Assembly: GCA_000998045.1 (NCBI GenBank)
Contig: LCCS01000002.1
Span: forward strand, 1 to 62,811
Length of the DNA: 62,811 bases
Source: Parcubacteria group bacterium GW2011_GWD2_42_14
GTDB lineage: Bacteria > Patescibacteriota > Minisyncoccia > Phycocordibacterales > UBA12088
Direction of reading: 5' to 3'
Shown piece by piece: positions 18,579 to 26,987 of this stretch. Under the pieces are notes generated by a model that was not told the origin of the DNA, ran no database searches, and saw only the letters and a program-made list of their open reading frames with translations. How positions within the stretch are numbered: the stretch's first letter is position 1; each line of letters begins with the position of its first letter. Both the position numbers and the translations under genes were made by a program.

Positions 18579-19856
18579 CTAGAAGGGGCTACCAATTGAG
18601 CCTGACATACTACCATCACTACCAATCTCACCCGACATGTTACCAATTGAGCCTGATATGCTACCATCACTACCAATTGAGCCTGATATTCCTCCGCTAC
18701 TTGAACCTCCACCAGACGTACCACTGGTTGTTCCTCCACCAGACGTACCACTGGTTGTTCCACCACCCTCACCTCCACCTGAAACCCCACCCGACGTTAC
18801 TGTACTGTTGTCCCCAGTGTCTCTACTACCCCTAAGCAGACCTTGTTCTACGTCATTAAATATATTATTTACAAGAGCAGCAAGGACTTCACCGAGTACC
18901 TCAGCTATTTCGTCTGCTACCTCGAGTTGTCCCAACCCTCCACCTAGCCAGTCATCAATCTGTTTTGAAATGATTTGTCCAGGGGTACACACCTCTCGTT
19001 GTCCATCACCATTTATGTCACATTTGTCTGAGAAGTATCCATCACCATATGAAAGCAGGGTTGCTTCCTCTGATGTAGTACGGCCTACTCTACCTGCAGC
19101 CTCAGACTGTACTTCAAAAAATGAGCCGTAGGGGTTGTTGGAATCTATAGCGAGACCCATCGCTGCTGGTATACCTCCTCCTTCAAAATTTAAATCTCCT
19201 TGCATAACCATTCTTTCATATCCCGCATCAACACCCATCCCACCGACATAATTTTCAAGACTACAGATATTCTGACCAGTCGAACCGTAGTTGGTCCGCC
19301 CACCTAGCTGTGTAACCGTCTGGCGTACATCATTTTCAAAAGGCGAACACAACCATTGACTTAAACCACTACTTTCAAGAAATGTGTTAAACGCGGTAAA
19401 TGCAATATCCCGAAAAAAACCGCTCAAATCTGTCAAAAAGACTGGACCATTATCAAAACCATCGTTTATCCAGTCCAAAATAGCCTGTGTGATAAAGTTT
19501 ATTAGGAGGCGTTTAATCACCCAAATAATAGGGTCAAGAACGCACTCCTTAAAAATAAGTTCTGCTGTTTTCTCTGCTGTTTGCTCGACATCGTTAAGTA
19601 ATTGATAATTTGTTTCATTTACAGGCACTGAGTCAACAAAGGCACCTATAACAGTGCCAAAAATTTCGTCAAAGAACCCTTCTATAAATCCCTCAAAGTA
19701 ACATGCCATGACTCCCACAACTCCTCCCATAATGATGCTTCCGGTTGATTGTTGCGCCTCCACTTTTTGAGCAGGTGCAACTCCTAGATATAGAAACGGT
19801 GTCATGACCGTCACCATAAGTACTGAAACGATAAAGTTTTTAAAATATGTAATCAT
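18579..19856 (-). CDS. secreted or membrane protein with a C-terminal Gly/Ser/Thr repeat tail
   Basis: It has an N-terminal hydrophobic segment and a Cys-containing central domain. The C-terminus reads GGGTTSGTSGGGTTSGTSGGGSSSGGISGSIGSDGSISGSIGNMSGEIGSDGSMSGSIG. Confidence 0.6.
   Translation of the reverse strand: MITYFKNFIVSVLMVTVMTPFLYLGVAPAQKVEAQQSTGSIIMGGVVGVMACYFEGFIEGFFDEIFGTVIGAFVDSVPVNETNYQLLNDVEQTAEKTAELIFKECVLDPIIWVIKRLLINFITQAILDWINDGFDNGPVFLTDLSGFFRDIAFTAFNTFLESSGLSQWLCSPFENDVRQTVTQLGGRTNYGSTGQNICSLENYVGGMGVDAGYERMVMQGDLNFEGGGIPAAMGLAIDSNNPYGSFFEVQSEAAGRVGRTTSEEATLLSYGDGYFSDKCDINGDGQREVCTPGQIISKQIDDWLGGGLGQLEVADEIAEVLGEVLAALVNNIFNDVEQGLLRGSRDTGDNSTVTSGGVSGGGEGGGTTSGTSGGGTTSGTSGGGSSSGGISGSIGSDGSISGSIGNMSGEIGSDGSMSGSIGSPF
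18591..18790 (-). repeat. in-frame tandem DNA repeats encoding the Gly/Ser tail
   Basis: A perfect 27-nt tandem duplication lies at 18706-18732 and 18733-18759. The unit ACCAATTGAGCCTGAYATRCTACCATCACT recurs at 18591, 18642 and 18672. Confidence 0.85.
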
Positions 19857-19859
19857 GTG

Positions 19860-20849
19860 CTAATTATCTGAACCAGGGTTGACGTTTTGATGCAGTTCAA
19901 AATATCTACGCAAAATGGAAATGGTGTGTATGAGGCGTCCTCGTACGGTCTGGAACACATTAACTGAAGCTGCTGTACGAAGAGGGTCTGAATTTATAAA
20001 GGAAAAGCCCTCTATGGTAAATGTATACTGCATAAGTGCTTGAACAAAACTTACATGAAGTCCTACAGCATCTTCAGGTACTTCCATCGTGCGAAGTTTG
20101 TCTGTATGTATTGTATACACATGTACCATTTCAGATAATACCCCTGCAGCCCACTCCTTGTCTCCTTGAGCAAGTGCAAGGAACGCCTCATCCTCATTAT
20201 CACTTCCTGTGGTCATTGCAAGAACAATTTCCCGTACTGTTGCAATGTATTGCATTCGACTTTCCGATGTAGCGGGAACACTTCGTACCTCACTTTGGTT
20301 GTATGTAGGTGCAGTAACTAAAGGAGTAACTTTCCCCAGCGCTTGTTGTACCATCTCTTCCTGTTGTTCTTTACTGAGATCCGTCCCGCTTTTAAGTGAA
20401 TATAGATAGGAAGCAAACAATTCTTTTGCAAGTGCATCTGTAGAGGTAGGAGGAACGTCACTATTCTTATGATTTTCAGGTTCCATTCCAACCGTATCTG
20501 CACCTACCTCGTTTTCTAAACCGGATGCAATACTCAATGATTCACTTGCAACGAACACTTGATCTCTATCGGAGACACCATCGCCATCCGTATCAGGTTT
20601 GGTAGGATCTGTAGACCATAGCACCTCCTCCCAGTCTGCCAAACCGTCTTCATCTGAATCTTGTTCATATGCTTTTGTTATTATCTCAGGGTCTATTTCA
20701 GAATTTGTAGCAAGTTGAGTAGTAGTATTTTTCTGGTTACCGTCTTCGTAAAAAACATACGAAACTGCAATAATGAAAACTACAGCAACGACAGTTATGG
20801 TCGTTGCCACAATACGATTTGCTGAGCCAGCCACATATCGAGTCCTCAT
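19860..20849 (-). CDS. membrane-anchored protein with thrombospondin-type-3-like calcium-binding repeats; first gene of the operon
   Basis: An N-terminal transmembrane helix is followed by DSDEDGLADWEEVLWSTDPTKPDTDGDGVSDRDQ, a DxDxDG-type repeat pattern. Confidence 0.6.
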   Translation of the reverse strand: MRTRYVAGSANRIVATTITVVAVVFIIAVSYVFYEDGNQKNTTTQLATNSEIDPEIITKAYEQDSDEDGLADWEEVLWSTDPTKPDTDGDGVSDRDQVFVASESLSIASGLENEVGADTVGMEPENHKNSDVPPTSTDALAKELFASYLYSLKSGTDLSKEQQEEMVQQALGKVTPLVTAPTYNQSEVRSVPATSESRMQYIATVREIVLAMTTGSDNEDEAFLALAQGDKEWAAGVLSEMVHVYTIHTDKLRTMEVPEDAVGLHVSFVQALMQYTFTIEGFSFINSDPLRTAASVNVFQTVRGRLIHTISILRRYFELHQNVNPGSDN

Positions 20850-20974
20850 AATCTACAGTATACGACGTCCTTTACTTATGAATAAGACAAAAACTCTCTA
20901 AACTGTGGATTAAGTCAAAAATGAAGTGATAGTAATGTTCTGTTAAAGACAAACTATCTGCTTTGCGTGTGTGT

Positions 20975-21009
20975 ATAGTTTATGTTGTGTGTCGCATAGC
21001 TTATGTTGT
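20975..21009. promoter_or_regulatory. two 14-nt direct repeats (ATAGYTTATGTTGT) in the divergent control region
   Basis: The copies lie at 20975-20988 and 20996-21009, 21 nt apart centre to centre. They sit between the T4SS-like operon and the divergent secreted-protein gene. Confidence 0.3.
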
Positions 21010-21091
21010 ATATGTTATTGTATAGATTAAATATTTAACTTTGCATATATTCGCACATCACGAGTGGCGACACGTGCTATACTTTTTACAT

Positions 21092-22210
21092 ATGACACCT
21101 ACTATTAAAAAAACACTACAACCAAAACATTTTTACTCCCTGGTCATTTTCGTGTTTCTCTTTTCCGCTGTTTCTTTTTTGGTGAATGTGGTAGCTTCTG
21201 TAGGAACTCCATGCCATACCGTTACGACACCTGATGCGACTCCTTCTACTTTTGGTTCCCCACTCAATTTTTTTAGTGGGGCAAATGAACTACTTATTTC
21301 CGTAAATTGTGATGGCAGTAACGCCACACATATAGAAGTTGGAAGTGGTGCTCCTACACAATATATATACATGTATGGCTACCGAAAAGTGAATGGAAAA
21401 TGGACAAGGACTACGTTTACAGGAAGTACGGTAACGGGAGTTTGGATAATCGGGAAAGGTGGAGTAACGATTGAGGGTGTACAGAGTGGTGAAACGGGCC
21501 AAGTTCTTGCGTATATTTGCCAAAATATCCAAAATACATGGAAATGTGGTTGTTCTGATACTGCTTGTTTAACTCCAAAGTGGCAACTTCAAGAATACCA
21601 ACTTCCGGCCAGCTCAGCTGGGAGTACAAATTCAAATGGAGACGGTATTTTAGACGTCCACTATCCTTCTAAATACCTAGGTCTTCCAGGTGATACAGTT
21701 ACCCTCGTTGGTTCAGGTTTTGAAAAAGGTCCGGTAAGTAAAATATTGTGGAACGGTGAGGTACAAGAAACAGGTGTATCTTCAGAAACCGGCACAGCAC
21801 TCACTATCACCATTCCTAATCTTCCTCCTGGAAAATATGAGGTAAAGGTAAAAGAAGGTAATGTTGTGTCAGAATACGGAATGGGTATATGGATAGGAAC
21901 AGGAGACAATAGTCCGGCACCTACAATCACTTCTATTTCTCCTGAATCAGGGCTTCAAGGAGGTACGTTTACGGTGCATGGAACCGGTTTTACTAAGGAA
22001 AATAATGATGCCATTACAACATATGGCATAGTACGAGGACTGCCGTCAGAAGACGGGAAAAGTATTACTTTCACCTACGACCCATTTGATGAAAAGTTAG
22101 TAAGTTATAACGAAAATGCCGAACGGACTGAGTATGCATTGCCAGTAAATGTTACGATAATGAACACTTCTGGCCAAAGTAATATGAAGATATTTAACTT
22201 AAACATATAA
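21092..22210 (+). CDS. secreted protein with IPT/TIG-like Ig domains
   Basis: ATG 21092 gives a signal or transmembrane segment (FYSLVIFVFLFSAVSFLVNVVAS). Two IPT-like modules are visible (GDTVTLVGSGFEKG... and PTITSISPESGLQGGTFTVHGTGFT). Confidence 0.6.
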   Translation: MTPTIKKTLQPKHFYSLVIFVFLFSAVSFLVNVVASVGTPCHTVTTPDATPSTFGSPLNFFSGANELLISVNCDGSNATHIEVGSGAPTQYIYMYGYRKVNGKWTRTTFTGSTVTGVWIIGKGGVTIEGVQSGETGQVLAYICQNIQNTWKCGCSDTACLTPKWQLQEYQLPASSAGSTNSNGDGILDVHYPSKYLGLPGDTVTLVGSGFEKGPVSKILWNGEVQETGVSSETGTALTITIPNLPPGKYEVKVKEGNVVSEYGMGIWIGTGDNSPAPTITSISPESGLQGGTFTVHGTGFTKENNDAITTYGIVRGLPSEDGKSITFTYDPFDEKLVSYNENAERTEYALPVNVTIMNTSGQSNMKIFNLNI

Positions 22211-22212
22211 GT

Positions 22213-22584
22213 ATGAAAAAAATAACTGCACTCAGACATCTTCTCATTACAGCGCTCTTTGTAAGCTGTGTTGTGCTTGGTAGTTTTGTTGTGCCGAAGA
22301 CAACGTTGGCACTTTTCCTTGAAGGAGGCAGAAGTCAGGAAGCAAGTTTTTGCTCGTGTAGTGTTTGTTTTAAAATTGAAGTTGGCTCTCCAAAAAGTGG
22401 GACGTTTATGTATTGCCCTTGGTTTACAAGACTGTATGCGCACTACAACATTTTCCCTAACGCATGGCAACTTGGAAAAGCATACACGTATATGACTTGT
22501 CTTCAGATTTCATACCCCTACTGCAGAACTGACGGAGGAGGATATCTTCTAACAATGACGGGGACTTCGCATGGAGGATTCTAG
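22213..22584 (+). CDS. small secreted Cys-rich protein
   Basis: It has a signal peptide (MKKITALRHLLITALFVSCVVLG) and about 8 Cys residues. It starts 2 nt after the upstream stop. Confidence 0.5.
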   Translation: MKKITALRHLLITALFVSCVVLGSFVVPKTTLALFLEGGRSQEASFCSCSVCFKIEVGSPKSGTFMYCPWFTRLYAHYNIFPNAWQLGKAYTYMTCLQISYPYCRTDGGGYLLTMTGTSHGGF

Positions 22585-23345
22585 TTAACTAAACAAAGCC
22601 ACTGCTCAAGAGACACGTCCTCAGGGCGTGTTTTCTTTTCCACGGCACATCGAATAAAATCTTTTGGTTCTATGGTTTTTTTAAGTGTTGCTCCAAGCGT
22701 TTTCCTCTTTTGTGAAAATGCTGTTCGTGCAGTTTCGAAAAAACGTTCTTCCTGTGCTGTGCTTTTAAATCTATTTCGCGAAATACCTTCAATAGAGAGT
22801 ATGGCGGAGTCAACTTTTGGTGGAGGAGAAAAGGCCCCCGCTTTTACAACCTTGCAGAGCTTTGGCGTGCCGTATGCATATACAGAAAGAGAAAGGAGAC
22901 TGTGCTTATTGTTCTTTGCAACAATGCGCAGAGCTACCTCCTTTTGTACCAATATCGCAATAGCGTCTGGTTGTTTTTTGGAAGTGAGAAACTGCCGAAT
23001 TATAAAGCCTGTAATATAGTACGGAATGTTTGCCACCAGAGTGTACGTGGGATCTAGATGCGAACAGACAGAAGGATCGAAATCTCGCACATCTTCTTCA
23101 AGTAGTAACAACTTTCCCGAGGCTATTTCTGCAGAAAAAGTTTTTTTAAGTTCTGTAACAAGTTCTGCATCTTTTTCTACTGCAACGACCTTTTTTGCAA
23201 CTTTTAGGAGTTCTTGAGTAAGGATACCGTGCCCTGGGCCAATCTCAAGAACGGTAGTTTTGTCTGAAAGCGTTATAGATTGTGCCACCCAAGTTGCTAT
23301 TTCAGGTCGTGTGAGAAAATGTTGTCCGAGTTTTGGTTTTTTCAT
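22581..23345 (-). CDS. rsmA: 16S rRNA (adenine1518/1519-N6)-dimethyltransferase
   Basis: The product has KPKLGQHFL... and VLEIGPGHGILTQEL, the SAM-binding motif. Confidence 0.9.
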   Translation of the reverse strand: MKKPKLGQHFLTRPEIATWVAQSITLSDKTTVLEIGPGHGILTQELLKVAKKVVAVEKDAELVTELKKTFSAEIASGKLLLLEEDVRDFDPSVCSHLDPTYTLVANIPYYITGFIIRQFLTSKKQPDAIAILVQKEVALRIVAKNNKHSLLSLSVYAYGTPKLCKVVKAGAFSPPPKVDSAILSIEGISRNRFKSTAQEERFFETARTAFSQKRKTLGATLKKTIEPKDFIRCAVEKKTRPEDVSLEQWLCLVN

Positions 23346-23458
23346 GGTTTTTGTCTGTACTTAAAGAATTTTCACCCTTCGACCTTCGACAATCTCAGGG
23401 AAAACTCAGGGTAGGATTCTACATCAAGGTTAGGCATCTCTCTCGTAATTCTTTTTTA

Positions 23459-23487
23459 CTTTTAACTTTCAACATTTAACTTTAAAC
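23459..23487 (-). repeat. AAAGTT-type post-stop repeat
   Basis: The mRNA sense reads GTTTAAAGTTAAATGTTGAAAGTTAAAAG and starts 3 nt after the pcrA stop. A 24-nt stretch is identical to 34854-34877. Confidence 0.8.
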
Positions 23488-23490
23488 TCT

Positions 23491-25449
23491 TTAGTCAAGA
23501 TATATCACCTTCCCCGTACTCTCGGGCTTTCTATAGTACGTATCCTGAGGCTCAAGGTATGATTCGTCAATATCAAGTAAAAATTCACTCGGTAATGACT
23601 GGAGTCTCTGGCCAAAAATGGTTCGCGATTGTGCATAAGAAAGGTATACTTTTTCTTTCGCTCGTGTAAGCGCAACATAAAAGAGCCTTCGCTCCTCTTC
23701 ATCATCAACGGCACTTCCAAACATTGATTCCTTGCGTTCATGGGGAAATAGCCCATCTTCTAGCCCTGTAATGAATACATGACCGTATTCTAGCCCCTTT
23801 GCTGCGTGAATAGTCATAAGCGTAACCCCTTCCCCAGTATTACGGGTTGTCTTTTGATCAAGCTCGTCCTGATCAGTTGCCAAAGCCGCATCCTCTAATA
23901 GACGCAGTGTGCCGTCAGGTGAAGGAAGTTGATCGTATCTGGTTACAGCAAGAGAAACTAGTTCCCTAATGTTTTGCAGGCGCTCTTCCTCTTCCTCTCC
24001 TTTCCCTTGTAAACTCGCGTTAAGTCCAGAGTGTTCCAAGGTGTATACCAGCACCTCGGAAGCCTTTTTTGTCATTACTTCGTTTTTAATATTTGAGAGT
24101 AGTTTGAAGTATGTATCTATTTTTTCCCGAGTGCGACCTTCGAATGCTTCACAGCCCTGCTGTAAAAGTTTTGAGACGGTAATTTTACCAATCCCGCGAA
24201 TGGGTGTATTGATGGTTCGAACTATATCGCTTTCGCTTTCAGGATTCAGAGCGACTTTGATATATGCAAGTGTGTCCTTAACCTCTTTCCTGTCAAAGAA
24301 ACGAGTGCCAAGCACTTTATATGGTATTCCTGCACCTAAACATGCTTCTTCAAGTACTCGTGATTGAAAATTTGCGCGGTATAATACCGCGATATCTTTT
24401 GCAGGAATCTGGAGCTCCATACGTTCTTTAATAGTTGACACAATGCGCTCTGCCTCATCATGCTCGTTGAAGCCCATAATGAGTGTTATTTTTTCACCTA
24501 GAGTATTATTAGTGAAAAGTGTTTTTTCTTTCCTGCGTTTGTTTTTTTTAATTATTTCATTCGATACCTCAATAATAGTCCCTGTTGAACGATAGTTTTC
24601 TTCCAGTCGTATAACCGTCGCTTCAGGAAATGTTTTCTCAAACTCAAGAATATTTTCAATAGTTGAGCCACGCCACGAGTAGATGTTTTGATCCAAATCT
24701 CCCACACAGAACAAGTTTTTGTGTTCGTCGGCAAGCATGCGTACTATTTCGTACTGTACTTTGTTGGTGTCTTGGTATTCGTCGACATGTATGTACCTAT
24801 AGGTTTCTACCAGTGCGGTGCGAATTTCTCTGTTGTTGGTAAGCATCTTCCACACCTCAAGAAGTAAATCATCAAAGTCTAAAGCGTTATCTTTATGTAG
24901 GATTCGTTCATATTGTTCCCATACCTTGCTTACGACGAGAGGAAAGTATGAGTTTCCGGTTTCTTCGCGATACGTACTGAGTGTTTTAGTGTCTCCTTTT
25001 GCGCGTGATATAGCACTCAAAACGACTCGTGGTTCGATTTGTTTCTCGTTCTCATCTACCGCTTTCATTGCTCGTTTGATAGCCCGAAGAGAATCTGATC
25101 TATCGTAAATAGTGAAATGTTTTTTAAACCCGAGTGTTTCAGCATATTGACGCAGAAGTATGACGCAGAGTGCATGAAAAGTTGAAACTGTCACTCTTTG
25201 GGAAGAAGCTGATTCACCGTACTCTGCTAAAAGTGCCTCTACTCGCTCACGCATCTCACGGGCAGCTTTGTTGGTGAAGGTAAGTGCAAGTATGTTATGG
25301 GAGGGCACGCCACTCTTGACTAAGTGTACTATGCGATGTGCAATGGTTCTTGTTTTCCCCGCTCCGGCACCCGCGAGTACTAAAACAGGCCCTTCAGTCT
25401 CTAAAACCGCTGTTTTTTGGGCCTCATTTAGCATTTCGAGGTACTTCAT
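23491..25449 (-). CDS. pcrA: ATP-dependent DNA helicase of the UvrD/PcrA family
   Basis: The product has LNEAQKTAV...VLAGAGAGKTRTIAHRI, VDEYQDTN, and TIHAAKGLEY...ALTRAK. Confidence 0.92.
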   Translation of the reverse strand: MKYLEMLNEAQKTAVLETEGPVLVLAGAGAGKTRTIAHRIVHLVKSGVPSHNILALTFTNKAAREMRERVEALLAEYGESASSQRVTVSTFHALCVILLRQYAETLGFKKHFTIYDRSDSLRAIKRAMKAVDENEKQIEPRVVLSAISRAKGDTKTLSTYREETGNSYFPLVVSKVWEQYERILHKDNALDFDDLLLEVWKMLTNNREIRTALVETYRYIHVDEYQDTNKVQYEIVRMLADEHKNLFCVGDLDQNIYSWRGSTIENILEFEKTFPEATVIRLEENYRSTGTIIEVSNEIIKKNKRRKEKTLFTNNTLGEKITLIMGFNEHDEAERIVSTIKERMELQIPAKDIAVLYRANFQSRVLEEACLGAGIPYKVLGTRFFDRKEVKDTLAYIKVALNPESESDIVRTINTPIRGIGKITVSKLLQQGCEAFEGRTREKIDTYFKLLSNIKNEVMTKKASEVLVYTLEHSGLNASLQGKGEEEEERLQNIRELVSLAVTRYDQLPSPDGTLRLLEDAALATDQDELDQKTTRNTGEGVTLMTIHAAKGLEYGHVFITGLEDGLFPHERKESMFGSAVDDEEERRLFYVALTRAKEKVYLSYAQSRTIFGQRLQSLPSEFLLDIDESYLEPQDTYYRKPESTGKVIYLD

Positions 25450-25557
25450 AAGCTTGTATCATACCATAGTGTGAGGTGCTATTATAGCGCTTCATAGAGC
25501 CAATTTTTTACTTTTTTGATTTCTGTTGCTTAATCAACAGGTTGTTTAAGAAAGTGC

Positions 25558-25585
25558 TTGACGCAAGTTTCTCGGCGTCTATAGT
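25558..25585 (+). promoter_or_regulatory. sigma70-like promoter (TTGACG-N16-TATAGT) about 215 nt upstream of the LysM/M23 gene
   Basis: TTGACG lies at 25558-25563 and TATAGT at 25580-25585. Confidence 0.45.
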
Positions 25586-25806
25586 GTCATGTATCGTCAG
25601 ACAAACAGGAATTACATAATTCGAAATCTATTTTCATGGTACTTTCATAAATAGTTTTCGATTGGGGAGCCAGACCGCGTGACCAACATACTCTTATAAA
25701 ACACACAACCTACAAAAGTTCTGAGCGTGAGACTCAACCTTCGTGTCCCGTTCAGACCACAAACAGAAATAGTAAAAAGCAAACTTTTACAAAAGTCGCT
25801 TTTTTC

Positions 25807-26826
25807 ATGACCACTGCTCTCTTTGTTGGAAGTTTTGTAACTCCAACGGTGCGTGCTTCCTTCTTTGACTTTTTTGGAAATGATATTTCGATTCAAGAAA
25901 CAAGTCAGGCTGAAGTTTTAAATTCACAAACAGTAATCTTACTTCAAGGAGCTAGAAATATAGACCCGAACCCTTCTCGGGGTGGTGGAGAAGTGTTTGT
26001 TGCAGATGACTCAGCTCTTGTCCCTGAAACCGCTCCATTTAACCTCACATCAGAAGATCTTGTTGCTCCTATAAATTCCGATCAAATTTCACTCCATTTA
26101 GTAGACGTGGGGGATAGTATTTCAAAAATAGCAGAAATGTATGGAGTCTCGGTAAATACTATTGTGTGGGCAAATGAGCTCTCCTCTGATAAAGACATAC
26201 AACCAGGGCAAACACTCCTTATTCTCCCCGTCTCTGGTGTACAGCATATCGTAAAGAAAGGAGATTCTATTAGGAGTTTGGCAAAAAAGTATTCCGACGA
26301 GGATGATGAAAATCTTGATGATTTTATTGAAGAAATAATCTCTTACAACAACCTTTCCGAAGACGGTGTGCTGACAGTTGGTGAATCGGTCACTATACCA
26401 GGTGGTGTTATCGAAGAAGAAAAACCTGTTAAAAAAAGCACGGGTACATATACCAAAGTGGTATCTGGTGGAGCGACTGTCTCTGGGTATTTCATACACC
26501 CACTCCCTGGAAGTGTAAAAACACAAGGTATCCATGGGTCTAATGCAATAGACTTCGGAGCAGATACAGGAACCCCGATTCGTGCAGCGGCGGGTGGACG
26601 TGTGATTGTCTCACGTGTGGGGGGATGGAATGGTGGGTATGGAAACTATATCGTGATTGACCACCCAAATGGTACTCAAACGCTCTACGCGCACAACTCG
26701 AAGAATGCCGTAGGGCAAGGTCAGACAGTAACACAAGGTCAAGTCATTGGACATGTTGGTTCAACAGGTCGCTCTACAGGTAATCACCTTCATTTTGAGG
26801 TACGGGGCGCAAAAAACCCGTTCTAA
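25807..26826 (+). CDS. LysM-domain M23 family peptidoglycan endopeptidase
   Basis: Two LysM-like segments are present (VGDSISKIAEMYGVSVNTIVWANEL and VKKGDSIRSLAKKY). M23 motifs are GIHGSNAIDFGA, IDHPNGTQTLYAH and GSTGRSTGNHLHFEV. Confidence 0.9.
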   Translation: MTTALFVGSFVTPTVRASFFDFFGNDISIQETSQAEVLNSQTVILLQGARNIDPNPSRGGGEVFVADDSALVPETAPFNLTSEDLVAPINSDQISLHLVDVGDSISKIAEMYGVSVNTIVWANELSSDKDIQPGQTLLILPVSGVQHIVKKGDSIRSLAKKYSDEDDENLDDFIEEIISYNNLSEDGVLTVGESVTIPGGVIEEEKPVKKSTGTYTKVVSGGATVSGYFIHPLPGSVKTQGIHGSNAIDFGADTGTPIRAAAGGRVIVSRVGGWNGGYGNYIVIDHPNGTQTLYAHNSKNAVGQGQTVTQGQVIGHVGSTGRSTGNHLHFEVRGAKNPF

Positions 26827-26861
26827 GTTGAAAGTTATAAAGTTCATAAAGTTAAAAGTTC
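26827..26861 (+). repeat. AAAGTT-type post-stop repeat
   Basis: GTTGAAAGTTATAAAGTTCATAAAGTTAAAAGTTC starts at the first nucleotide after the stop codon. It shares AGTTATAAAGTTCATAA with the copy at 42948-42994. Confidence 0.8.
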
Positions 26862-26864
26862 AAA

Positions 26865-26888
26865 AAAACCGCACATGCGGTTTTTTTG
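26865..26888 (+). terminator. rho-independent terminator
   Basis: The sequence is AAAAAAACCGCACATGCGGTTTTTTT. Confidence 0.8.
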
Positions 26889-26956
26889 GTTGTGATAACC
26901 TTCAACAAATTTGTTTTTTACTCAATTGTCTAGAGAAAAAGCGCGGTATGGGGCTA

Positions 26957-26987
26957 CTTTAAACTTTCAACTTTATAAACATTCAAC
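26957..26987 (-). repeat. AAAGTT-type post-stop repeat
   Basis: The mRNA sense reads GTTGAATGTTTATAAAGTTGAAAGTTTAAAG, directly after the add stop codon. Confidence 0.8.

Noticed and set aside
18596-19131. Plus-strand ORFs (79 aa and 164 aa, Pro/Leu/His-rich) opposite the Gly/Ser repeat region.
   Set aside because: They are antisense reading of GGN/AGY repeat codons. The sense-strand gene has operon context.
25645-25896. An 83-aa minus-strand ORF overlapping the start of the LysM/M23 gene and its leader.
   Set aside because: It overlaps a well-supported gene and promoter region and has no start context.
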